From Zygnema circumcarinatum SAG 698-1b (lineage: Eukaryota; Plantae; Zygnematophyceae), in contig CM074808.1 of the NCBI GenBank assembly GCA_037447605.1, positions 4,211,674 through 4,275,673 on the forward strand: a DNA stretch of 64,000 nt, in the 5' to 3' direction. Under the pieces are notes generated by a model. It did no database searches and was not told where the DNA came from. It saw only the letters and a program-made list of their open reading frames with translations. Made by a program: the position numbers and the translations under genes. Below are positions 36,401-48,125 of this stretch, in pieces; position 1 is the first letter of the stretch, and every line of letters begins with the position of its first letter.

Positions 36401-36794
36401 TGACACCTTAATCGAACTCGTCGTACGGATGAAAACGATGACAAAGCTTTTGCCTACGGCAACGCAAAAACAAAATAAAATTAGAATAACGGGGAAGGTG
36501 AAAGGAGAGTGGGGAGAGAGAAACACAAACATTACATGCAGTTCAAGAAGCAAGACATAGTAGTAGGGAGAAGACTTCGTCGAGCTATTTATTTACACAA
36601 AAGCAGTGCCGATGTTGTCTAACTTGAGATCCTAATTACCTTGAGAGCCTTGTTGCAAAGTACTTCTTGCTCTATATTTAGCAATGCACTCCTACTTTCC
36701 TTTAGCGTGTTCACGATAAATTTCCAACAATTCTTTGCGATTTGATTCAGGTTTTTTAAAAATGAGAGGTCCTGCCCCCGCAGCAGTGATCTTT

Positions 36795-39778
36795 TCCGGA
36801 TTATTGTTTGTGTCGATGATGATTTTTCCGAGAGCATTGTGAACATGCACATCTTGACTGCCTTCGCTCACCAAGTGCTCCAAGAATTGAGTGCAGCAGG
36901 CGCAGTCGATTGCTGTATCAGCACCGCAGACAGGAAATAAGTTTAGAAGACAAGGATGTGGAGAAAGAACTTCCCCTGTGCTCGGAGGGTTGTAAATGTT
37001 CGTGTTAGAAAGAAACATTGGATGAGCACAACCCCTGCAAGAGAGCATATGCTCAAGACCTGGGTCAATGCTACGTTATTTGGAAGACCATAGCCAAACC
37101 ATTACGTAACCATTGCGTAAAGACGTTTATAAAATATATAAAACAAGCAAATGTTTCAGGATGCGTTGAGATATTGTAGCCTTAAATAGCCTCAGACGGG
37201 TACAGCATGACAATGACACCATTGCACTATGTCAACCGTACAACGAACTAAAAACGTTCATATGTTTGGAGCCCCGTTGAAGTTGTTGATTCTATCGTAA
37301 ATATGTGAAACACGTTGTCCTTTAACGTCCACTTTGCATGCTTCTAGCTAGCGCAAACATTTGTTTAACACAGCTAGGAAAACCAAGAATTCCAAGCTAA
37401 GCACACACAAAGGCAGAGTGCATATGCCACTCACCGTTTCTCGCATTCTTCGACGAGTGGTTCGACTGGCAGCAGCGAGCGCACAGAGAGGATGAGGTTT
37501 TTGATGAAGTCTTCCGGGCTCTCATCGTCGAGGAGTTGGTCTACAACCAGCGGTGCATTTGCTTGGATTCACCTGAAGATCAGGTTCAAACATACACCAA
37601 ATCAGGAATGAAATGTATAAACTGCAGCACACAAGGACGGTTTGCTCTAATAACATCATTACAGAATCTCCCTCTGTTCGTGATACAGAAAAGGTAGGGC
37701 CGGCTGCCAAACAAGGTAAGTTGACGATGTTTAAGTTTACCGATGGTTAAAATTGTTGAATCAAAAATGTTCAAAAGTGAAGCAGGCTTATACTGCTCTG
37801 AGGGCAGTTACAAAGGGCAGAATTTTCACTGACCTTCTGCACATATCCCTCGATGTAGCGCAGCATATTGTTCGTGTACACGTAATGTGTGAGATCAGGC
37901 ACGAAATTGAAGCGATCGCAGACATTGATGAGAGGCCTTGCGTCGGGTAGCTTTGATTCCATGAGAAAATTCTTTGTGCGCTCCGCATCATAGAAGTTGG
38001 ACTCTCGAGTCACTCGCTCAACCTCCTTGATCTGCCCTGTCTTTGCAGCCGCCTCGATGTATTTGAAATGAATTTCAGGATCCTCACTGCAAGACACGAG
38101 AAGCAAAGGCAAGATTAAGCACCGGAGAACTTCGCCCCTGCATGTCCAATCACCACAAATCTAAGCCTTGAAACAGAGTGCAGGAATCAGGAGTTCTAGC
38201 AGGACAAACACAATGTTTCATAAGCTCAACCACAAATAACGGTAACTTGTCCCATGGCTGAAAGCTGCTCGACGTCAAAGCCTCGAGAACGGAAGTTTTG
38301 GAACAGAATGTGCCGAAGAGAATGCATCGAATTGAGCTAACGTTTGCTTTTGTTTGTAAAATCGATTGCCAATGCTAGTCGGCATAAAGAATGCTTAAAT
38401 CAACGCACCTGGTGGACAAATAGGCCCCCAAGAAGAAGAAAAGACCCTCATATGACTTGAACTGCTCGAACAGCTTCACACAATCGTGGACTCCCAATTG
38501 GTCCGCGTACTCCTTGGCGACCTGCTCAGAAGGGAACCCCAGCCATCTCCAGTCAAATACACGTCAGCAACCTACCAAATAAAGCGCACTGCTCAGAATT
38601 TGTGCTCAAATTTTTAGTGAAATTCATGTGGCATCAGCGGCTAAGCTACAACTTGCAGGAAAAGACGACCAAACAAACAGTTAAGAAAAGTCAGTTGATG
38701 AATTGATCCTCTAAATGACTCCTCCACAGTGTGCCAGGAAAGACAGCTGACTCAGGACAAAACATAGGTTTGGTAATAAAACATGCTCCCTCTGATGATC
38801 GAGTGCCAGTTGGCAAGAGGATCACCAATGATAGCACAACAAAAGCCTGGGAAGGATAGACACACATGTCTGAGTTTGAGCAGTGACTACATGGTTTTAT
38901 GTACGGCCCAGAATAATGGCTGGATAGACACAAACCTGTACTACAATCTGGAGATTCCCGCGCATGTTGACCAGCAAAAGCTCCTTCATGCACTCAAGCG
39001 CCCATTCCCGTGACAACGTCCCGTAGAATTCGACCAATGACTGCAGCCCACACTCCGTCGAAGTTCATGTCAATATTACCCTCTCTACCCCTCGACTCCC
39101 AAACCCCTTTCGCTCTCCCTCTTCCTCTCACTCTCCCTCCACCCTCCAATTCTCCACTTGATTCTCCTGAATCTTCACCGCTCTGCTCATTCTATTCATC
39201 TACCCCTGCCTCTATTCCTCTCTTCACACTTCCCTCTCCACTCGCCTTCCCTTGTCTGTCCACTTCTTCCCTCTCATCTCACCCTCTCTCCAGCATTCCT
39301 CTCTTAAATCCAACTTTCGAAGCCCGCAAAGAGGCATGACCAACCTGTGGCTCAATTGCATGAGTGTTCACAACCACACGCTTGATGTCCGGTAGGTCTG
39401 TGTAATGCTGCATACGTGGGCAGTAACAAAGTCAGCATTCAAGCATCTGAGGTGGCATTTAAGGAAATGAAAAAGTTGGTTTGAAAGCCGGACCCTGACA
39501 GCACATTGCCCCAAAGATAACATTCTACCAAAGAAGGAACTTCCAGGGAGGGAAGTCACATTCAAAAGTCCTACAGGCCAGCGCCCTGCTAGTTTCTTCA
39601 TTGTATCTACCAACAGAAAGACTCTAGGCCAGCTAATACACACCTGCAGAGCACGCATGTTCAGTCCAGCCTTCTCACACAACTGAGCTATCCTTGGGCG
39701 ATCGTAATGACTGAACATGCCGTTCGCAAGAATGGCGTCGGCAACATTTGGGAAGGTCACCAAATTAATTTCCAAAAC
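36795..39778 (-). pseudogene. CHC: Clathrin heavy chain, internal fragment only (7 exons)
   Basis: [38 protein letters not shown] (39644-39778), [64 protein letters not shown] (37834-38086), [34 protein letters not shown]. No N- or C-terminal exons found; substitutions at normally conserved sites. Confidence 0.85.
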
Positions 39779-40059
39779 CTGCACATTTCCCAGCTCCAAT
39801 GTTCATGTCTGATATTAAAATTAACCGAAGATAGGTTACGATTGGGATAAACTTTTCCAAATCATCAATGCATGGTGTGATTGACAAGGAAAAGGCAGGC
39901 CGTATCTGGCCAAGAAATGAGTATGCCTAATGGGTGCTTCACGATAGGACGAATCACAGTTCGAAAGGTCATACTCTGACATTTTAAAACATGCCTCCAC
40001 TCCAGATGAAAGAAGCGAACATATTTGGTCCGCTCCTACCCCCTGCCTCCTGCCACTTC

Positions 40060-40113
40060 CACCCTGCCCTCCCCCTTCACCTCCCCCATCCCTCTCCCTC
40101 TCCCTCTCCCTCT

Positions 40114-40145
<32 letters not shown>

Positions 40146-40165
40146 AACTCCCTCTCTCTCTGCGC
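40060..40165. repeat. (CT)n / pyrimidine microsatellite between the VPS34 and CHC fragments
   Basis: ccctctccc..ctctctctctctc run. Confidence 0.85.
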
Positions 40166-40643
40166 GCATATACAGACAGTGACAAGTCCCTGTAGTGTTG
40201 GTACATGACGAAGGCAACAAGTATTTAACAAGAGGCCTATTATCTCAGACGTGTAATGCACTTCATTGAATTGCATTTTGTTTGAATCTAACAGCATTGC
40301 CACGCTAGAAAGTTGCTATACAAATTGTCGTGGTTGCAACATTGTTCAAGGCGTATGGATGGCTAAACCAGGTAAATCGCATATAATATAATCCAGAATT
40401 AGTGACTGGACCTTGTAATGCAAAAACTTGAACAGAAGCTCTGACTCCAGAATTGCAATGTAGCTGCATGTAAGCATGTACGGATTGTCTTCGACATCGA
40501 TGATCATTTGTTGATTTGGTGATCATTTGTTGGGGTTTAGTCCTGCATCCTTCTCATATCAACCTCAAGGGATGACTCGTTTTCTGATTCCCAGCTTGCT
40601 ATATATGGGTAAAGGGAAAGTAAAGCAAGGAAAGGAATTGTAC

Positions 40644-41641
40644 AGTAAGAGCCAGCTGCGCATTTGCTGTCAGATCGCAATATTTGACGCTCATCGTCAC
40701 CCATTCATTCCATTTACAGCTGCTTCCCATGGCAGCATGCCTGCAAGTGATGACCCCCAGCAGGAATTTGTGCTCTCTCAGGCAGTGCCAATGTTACAGC
40801 TACAGAAAAGTAGACTGGTGCAATGCTGGCTCTTCTCATAATAATCCAAAAACAAAGATTGGAGTGAAAGGAACAGTATGGCGTTCCACAGCATTTAGCC
40901 AGGAGTCAAGCTCGTGATTTGACATGCTAACTTGGCACAGGAGATATACGTAAAGAATGCTACTGTGTCCTCCCAAAATCAACTCTTTGGGAACCTTGGT
41001 CTTGGCCTGACTTTGAATAAAATAGTAGCGCTGTTCATTTGGTGTAATTGTATCTTAATCCGCTTCACATAAATATGATTCGTCTGTACTGCCGATAACC
41101 AACTACAGATCGAGGAAGTATCAGGTTATGCGTAAGGGAAAGGGAAACCACCTTGTCCTTGACGCGAGACCAAAGGGAACTCCATCAATATAAATGACGC
41201 ACTCCACATACAACTCCGGGGTTGGATACCAAGTGTCATGCACTGGGTCGCCTTGGGGCGGTCCCATTGTGTCACCAGGCGCTGAAAATGTGGTGGACTC
41301 TGTCAAAAGAAATTCAGGGAGAAGAGGCAAACGGACCGACTATGAGTGTTTATCGTACGGGCATTAAACTTCCTTAGTGACAATATCCACTTCTCCAAAA
41401 ATAACCTCGCAACAAGGCAGACATAATCGATCTTTTGCTTTCGTTAGTAGCTGAAAAGAAATTCTTTAAACAATGTGCAATTCGTTAGGCTCAAATTACC
41501 ATTCTTATGAAGGCCATCCTTCCATTAGGGTTGCAGAGCCGACCAGCAGAGGGCATGGGCCCATGCAGAGACTCAAGCTTGAACCGCAGGGGGCAAATTT
41601 ATGTCGCAGGAACGAAAGAGCTTGAGCTCCGCCTCGCTCAT
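40644..41641 (-). pseudogene. VPS34: VPS34 (class III PI3K) 5' fragment, C2-domain exons 1-3
   Basis: MSEAELKLFRSCDINLPLRFKLESLHG (from 41641, one homopolymer correction), PELYVECVIYIDGVPFGLASRTR (41152-41281), NEWVTMSVKYCDLTANAQLALT (40644-40740); later exons not found. Confidence 0.8.
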
Positions 41642-41689
41642 CTTCACTGCTGCAGCCACTCGCGCCCTTGCAGCTCACTCGAACAGTCT

Positions 41690-41915
41690 GAACCTAACCC
41701 TAACACCTTTAACACTACCTTAAACTTTTATTCGTAGCCCTAATTTTAACCTTAAAAAACCCGATTTAAACCTATCCCTTACCCTAACCCAAACCTTTAT
41801 GCCTTTGAAAAATCCACTCCATTAGTTATCAAATTCCTAAGTTCCTGACCCTACTTTTAAAGCCTTTCAGAAACCGCTTATCACCCCTAATCCCTAACCC
41901 TAATTCTAACCCTAA
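41690..41915 (-). repeat. Highly degenerate CCCTAA (TTAGGG-type) repeat tract upstream of the VPS34 ATG
   Basis: cctaaccctaac, cccttaccctaacccaaacc, cccctaatccctaaccctaattctaaccctaatcc. Confidence 0.65.
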
Positions 41916-42279
41916 TCCTCACCAAGAAACCAGGGCAGGTCAAAATTCATAAAAGGCAAGATCCCGGGACCGGCTGCCTGTACGAAAGTACAAATTCAAT
42001 CCAGACCGTACGGTAAGGTCAGAACACAAAACTTTTAATTTATTTTTTGCGCTCTCCTGCTTTGAAATGAAATGGAGGCCCTAACTGGCCCCATGTCGTT
42101 TGCTCCGCTGCTCTCCCTCGTCCTCTCCTCCATGGTTCTCCCTCCCCCGCCTCTCGTTGCAGGAGGAGGAAGCCATGGCGGGAGGAGGAAGACGCGCGCT
42201 GTCTGCGCGGCCACTGTTGCCCCTCACCTTCTCCTTCTATCTCGCCTTCTGTCTTTTGCTCGTCGTTGTTGAGTACAAT

Positions 42280-42865
42280 AGGGGTACAGTACTGTACAGT
42301 ACAGTGGGGGGTCCTCGTATTTACCACCCCAAGGAGTGCGTCCTCAATATTTTCGCCCCAATTTTGCCGAAACCACTTTTTTGTACGGTAACTTGTGTTA
42401 GCCGTACTATTCGTACTATTCTTACTGTCCGTACTGTACGTACTGTCTGTACTAGCCGTTACGGGCTTACGCAAAACGCACCTAATCTCCCCGCTCGTGC
42501 CGCCGTGAGAGGCGCTCGCTCTTCTCCCCGTCTTCTTGACTTCAATTCGATACGATACGATACGATATGTTCGATACGATACGATATGTTCGATACGATA
42601 CGAAACTCCCCGATACGGTAGTATCCGTAGTACGGCATCATCAATGAGACGAACAACATAGTCCTGAAAACTACGCTTATGCGTCACGATATGTCACGAT
42701 ACGATACGATGCTAACTGATAAAGTACGATACGGTACGATATGGTACGGTACGATATGTACGGTCCAACACGACCTCTAACATAATACCGCCCGTCTATT
42801 CGTAACACGAACCTTATATATACAAATTTAATATTTTCGCCTCATTTTGCCCGGAACCAGGGTGG
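42280..42865 (-). repeat. Dispersed repeat family copy (CGTAC/GATAC microsatellite core), inverted relative to 49416-49870
   Basis: Reverse complement shares taccgtacaaaaaagtggttt..ggcaaaat..ggcgaaaatattg, gagcgcctct.acggcggcac and agcccgtaacggcta with the 49.4-49.9 kb copy. Confidence 0.8.
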
Positions 42866-43478
42866 AAAATATGAGGACCCCCTACGGNNNNNNNNNNACA
42901 GCTAAGTATTACTTATTGTTTCTTGCGGTCGACCGTACATTAGTCCGATGTGTACGGACGGACGCTGGAGTGGCGCGCGCGTTGTCCAGGAAGCTTCTCG
43001 AAGGAAGGCAAGTCGGAGGAGGAGCTTTTCTGTACGGACACTCCCCCTCCTGGCCATGGCGACCCTGAGGGAAAGTTACCGCTCGGGGAGAGGCGAGCGC
43101 CAGGAGACGTGGAGCGACACCAGCGACATGGAGGTGCGCAGTGAGATGCGGCGGCGTGTGGTGCAGCGCGGTGGCGAGAAATGGCACGCAGTAGAACGTG
43201 GAGTAGTGCAGCGCCTAGTATTAAAGTAGGATTTGATTAGGAGTTAATCAACCTGAGAGTTCATCTTGATACAGTTGCAGCTTAGCTCGTGTTGCTAAGG
43301 GTAGTTTCTTGGCTGTATGGGCAGGAGGGGGTCGGAAGTTAGTCAGAGCTAGAGTAGAGGCCTGCGGGATGAAACTCTTGCTTGTTACTTCCTTTACTTT
43401 ATTAAGGAGTTTTGAGGCCGGGGGTGCTTTCTCCTTACATTTCCTTACGCTGTTTTTTTTTTTTCCTGGTTTGAATTC

Positions 43479-45067
43479 AGAGAGAAGAGAGGAGAGAGAA
43501 GAGAGAAGAGAGACGAGAGAAGAGAGACGAGAGAAGAGAGAAGAGAGAAGAAAAGAGAGAAGAGAGAAGAGAGAAGCGAGAAGAGAGAAGAGGGAAAAGA
43601 GAAGAGAGGAGAGAAGAGAGAAGAGAGAAGAGAGAAGATAGAAGAGAGACGAGATAGGAGAAGAGAGATGAGAGAATGGATAAGAGAGAAGAGAGGGGAG
43701 AGAAGAAAGAAGAGAGAAGAGAGAAGAGAGAAGAGAGGAGAGAAGAGAGCCGAGAGAAGAGAGAAGAGAGAAGAGAGAAGAGAGAAGAGAGAAGAGAGAA
43801 GAGAGAAGAGAGAAGAGAAGAGAGACGTGAGAAGAGAGAAGAGAGAAGAGAGAAGTGAGAAGGGAGAAGAGAGAAGAGAGATGAGAGAAGCGAGAAGAGA
43901 AAACAGAGTAGAGATTAGAGATAAGAGAGAAGAGAGGAGAGGAGAGAAGAGAGAAGAGAGAAGAGAGGAGAGAGAAGGAGAGAGAAGAGAGAAGAGAAGA
44001 AAGATGACAAAAGAGAGAAGAGAGGAGAGAAGAGAGAAGAGAGACGAGAGAAGAGAGAAGAGAGAAGAGAGAAGAGAGATGAGAGAAGAGAGGAGAGAGA
44101 AGAGAGAAGAGAGGAGAGAGAAGAGAGAAGAGAGAAGAGAGAAGAGAGGAGAGAAAAGAGAGAAGAGAGAAGAGAGAAGAGAGAAGAGAGAAGAGAGAAG
44201 AGAGAAGAGAGAGAAGAGAGAAGAGAGAAGAGAGAAGAGAGAAGAGGGAAGAGAGAAGAGAGGAGAGAAGAGAGAAAGAGAGACGAGAGAAGAGAGAAGA
44301 GAGAAGAGAGAAGTGAAGAGAGACGTGAGAAGAGAGAAGAGAGAAGAGAGAAGAGAGAAAAGAGGAGAGAAGAGAGCCGAGAGAAGAGAGAAGAGAGAAG
44401 AGAGAAGAGAGAAAAGAGGAGAGAAGAGAGCCGAGAGAAGAGAGAAGAGAGAAGAGAGAAGAGAGACGAGAAGAGAGACGAGAGAAGAGAAGAGAGAAGA
44501 GAGAAGAGAGAAGAGAGAAGAGAGAAGAGAGAACACAAGAGAGACGTGAGAAGAGAGAAGAGAGAAGAGAGAAGAGAGAAGGGAGAAGAGAGAAGAGAGA
44601 AGAGAGAAGAGAGGAGAGAAGAGAGCCGAGAGAAGAGAGCAGAGAGAAGAGAGAAGAGAGAAGAGAGAAGATAGAAGAGAGAAGAGAGAAGAGAGAAGAT
44701 AAAAGAGAGAAGAGAGAAGAGAGAAGAGAGACGAGAGAAAAGAGGAGACAAGAGAGAAGAGAGAAGAGAAGAAAGACGAGAGAAGAGAGAAGAGTTGAGA
44801 GAAAAGAGAAGAATGAAGAGAGAAGAGAGAAAAGAAGAGAGAAGAGAAAGAGAGAAGAGAGAAGAGAGACGAGAGAAGAGAGACGAGATAGGAGAAGAGA
44901 GATGAGAGAATGGATAAGAGAGAAGAGAGGAGAGAGAAGAAAGAAGAGAGAAGAGAGAATAGAGAAGAGAGGAGAGAAGAGAGCCGAGAGAAGAGAGAAG
45001 AGAGAAGAGAGAAGAGAGAAGAGAGAAGAGAGAGAGAGAAGAGAGAAGAGAGAAGAGAGAAGAGAGA

Positions 45068-45099
<32 letters not shown>

Positions 45100-47808
45100 A
45101 GAGAGAAGAGAGAAGAGAGAAGAGAGAAGAGAGAAGAGAGAGAGAAGAGAGAATAGAGAGAGAAGAGAGAAGAGAGAAGAGAGACGAGAGAAGAGAGAAG
45201 AGAGAAGAGAGAAGAGAGAAGAGAGAAGAGAAGAGAGACGTGAGAAGAGAGAAGAGAGAAGAGAGAAGAGAGAAGAGAGAAGAGAGAAGTGAGAAGGGAG
45301 AAGAGAGAAGAGAGAAGAGAGAAGAGAGGAGAGAAGAGAGCCGAGAGAAGAGAGAAGAGAGAAGAGAGAAGAGAGAAGAGAGAAGAGAGAAGAGAGAAGA
45401 GAGAAGAGAGAAGAGAAGAGAGAAGAGAGAAGAGAGAAGAGAGAAGAGAGAAGAGAGAAGGGAGAAGAGAGAAGAGAGAAGACAAAAGAGAGAAGAGAGA
45501 AGAGAGAAGAGAGGAGAGAAGAGAGAAGAGAGAAGAGAGAAGAGAGAAGAGAGAAGAGAGAAGAGAGAGAAGAGAGAGAGAGAGAGACGAGACGAAAGAG
45601 AGAAGAGAGAAGAGAGAAGAGAGAAGAGAGAAGAGAGAAGAGAGCAGAGAGAAGAGTTGAGAGAAAAGAGAAGAAAGAAGAGAGAAGAGAGAAGAGTTGA
45701 GAGAAAAGAGAAGAATGAAGAGAGAAGAGAGAAAAGAAGAGAGAAGAGAAAGAGAGAAGAGAGAAGAGAGACGAGAGAAGAGCGACGAGAGAAGAGAGAA
45801 GAAAGAAGAGAGAAGAGAGAAGAGAGAAGAGAAGAGAGACGAGAGAAGAGAGAAGAGAGAAGAGAGAAGAGAGAAGAGAGGAGAGAGAAGAGAGAAGAGA
45901 GAAGAGAGAAGGGAGAAGAGAGAAGAGAGAAGAGAGAAGAGAGAAGAGAGAAGAGAGAAGAGAGGAGAGAAGAGAGAAGAGAGACGAGAGAAGAGAGAAG
46001 AGAGAATAGAGGAGAGAAGAGAGAAGAGAGAAGAGAGACGAGAGAAGAGAGAAGAGAGAAGAGAGAAGAGAGAAGAGAGAAGAGAGAAGAGAGAAGAGAG
46101 AAGAGAGAAGAGAGAAGAGAGAAGAATGAGAGAGAGAGAGAAGAGAAAAGAGAGAAAGAGAGAAGAGAGAAGAGAGAAAGAGAGAAAGAGAGAGAGAAGA
46201 GAGAAGAGAGAAGAGAGAAAGAGAGAAGAGAGAGAAGAGAGAAAGAGAGAAGAGAGAAGAGAGAAGAGAGAAAGAGAGAGAGAAGAGAGAAGAAAGAAGA
46301 GAAGAGAGAAGAGAATAGAGAGAGAGATAGAGAAGAGAGAGAGAGAGAAGAGAGAAGAGAGAAGAGAGAAGAGAGAAGAGAGAAGAGAGAAGAGAAAAGA
46401 GAGAAGAGAGAAGAGAGAAGAGAGAAGAGAGACAAGAGCAGAGAGAAGAGAGCAGAGAGAAGAGAGAAGAGAGAAGAGAGAGAAGAGAGAAGAGAGAAGG
46501 GAGAAGAGAGAAGAGAGAAGAGAGAAGAGAGAAGAGAGCAGAGAGAAGAGAGAAGAGAGAAGAGAGAAGAGAGAAGAGAGAAGAGAGAAGATAGAAGAGA
46601 GAAGAGAGAAGAGAGAAGACAAAAGAGAGAAGAGAGAAGAGAGAAGAGAGAAGAGAGAAAAGAGGAGACAAGAGAGAAGAGAGAAGAGAAGAAAGACGAG
46701 AGAAGAGAGAAGAGTTGAGAGAAAAGAGAAGAAAGAAGTGTGAAGAGAGAAAAGAAGAGAGAAGAGAGAAGAGAGAAGAGAGAAGAGAGAAGAGAGAAGA
46801 GAGAAGAGAGACGAGATAGGAGAAGAGAGATGAGAGAATGGATAAGAGAGAAGAGAGGGGAGAGAAGAAAGAAGAGAGAAGAGAGAAGAGAGAAGAGAGG
46901 AGAGAAGAGAGCCGAAGAGAAGAGAGAAGAGAGAAGAGAGAAGAGAGAAGAGAGAAGAGAGAAGAGAGAAGAGAAGAGAGACGTGAGAAGAGAGAAGAGA
47001 GAAGAGAGAAGTGAGAAGGGAGAAGAGAGAAGAGAGATGAGAGAAGAGAGAAGAGAGAAGAGAGAATAGAGAAGAGAGGAGAGAAGAGAGCCGAGAGAAG
47101 AGAGACGAGAGAAGAGAGAAGAGAGAAGAGAGAGAAAGAGAGAAGAGAGAAGAGAGAAGAGAGAAGAGAGAAGAGAGAAGAGAGAAGAGAGAAGAGAGAA
47201 GAGAGAAGAGAGAAGAGAGAAGAGAGACGAGATAGGAGAAGAGAGATGAGAGAATGGATAAGAGAGAAGAGAGGGGAGAGAAGAAAGACGAGAGAAGAGA
47301 GAAGAGAGAAGAGAGGAGAGAAGAGAGCCAAGAGAAGAGAGAAGAGAGAAGAGAGAAGAGAGAAGAGAGAACAGAGAAGAGAGAAGAGAGAGAGAGACGT
47401 GAGAAGAGAGAAGAGAGAAGGGAGAAGAGAGAAGAGAGATGAGAGAAGCGAGAAGAGAAAACAGAGTAGAGATTAGAGATAAGAGAGAAGAGAGGAGAGG
47501 AGAGAAGAGAGAAGAGAGAAGAGAGAAGAGAGAAGAGAGAAGAGAGAAGAGAGAAGAGAGAAGAGAGAAGAGAGAAGAGAGAAGAGAGAAGAGAGAAGAG
47601 AGAAGAGAGATGAGAGAAGAGAGGAGAGAGAAGAGAGAAGAGAGGAGAGAGAAGAGAGAAGAGAGAAGAGAGAAGAGAGAAGAGAGAAGAGAGAAGAGAG
47701 AAGAGAGACGAGAGAAGAGAGAAGAGAGAAGAGAAGAGAGAAGAGAAGAGAGAAGAGAGAAGAGAGAAGAGAGAAGAGGGAAGAGAGAAGAGAGGAGAGA
47801 AGAGAGAG
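43479..47808 (+). repeat. 4.3-kb polypurine array, basic unit AGAGAAG, with higher-order landmarks
   Basis: Near-pure A/G strand; the landmark gagacgagataggagaagagagatgagagaatggataag recurs at ~43650, 44880, 46810, 47225. Confidence 0.95.
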
Positions 47809-48125
47809 CTGCGCGGGGCCACGCCACCACAAGTCGCGTGGACGCACTTTCGGCGAGAGCACGGCGCGCGCCGCTGCGCCACGCGCAGCTCTGGATGCAC
47901 GGACGCTCACGAAGGGCGCTGCGAGCCGCAAGTTCAGGACGGGCGCGTGAACCTACTATTTTGACGGGCTTCGAATGCGCACCACGGAGGGGACCGGGTC
48001 CGCAGACGAGCCGGCTGCTGACGCACGGCGGCCGCTGAACGCGCGCAGCTGGCTCGCCTGCTCACTGTACCCGCCCAGCTTGGGCGCCCACACGCTGGTC
48101 CACAGAGGATCTGTCTATCAGTGTG

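Noticed and set aside
39836-40303. MLLDSNKMQF segment as a possible VPS34 exon 4, or an upstream clathrin exon
   Set aside because: Only superficial similarity; the expected flanking conserved residues and splice phase are not present.
43248-47900. Very long S/L/F-rich ORFs (up to 1550 aa) and R/E/K-rich ORFs on the other strand
   Set aside because: Artefacts of a purine/pyrimidine 7-mer array that cannot generate stop codons; all frames give the same low-complexity peptide.
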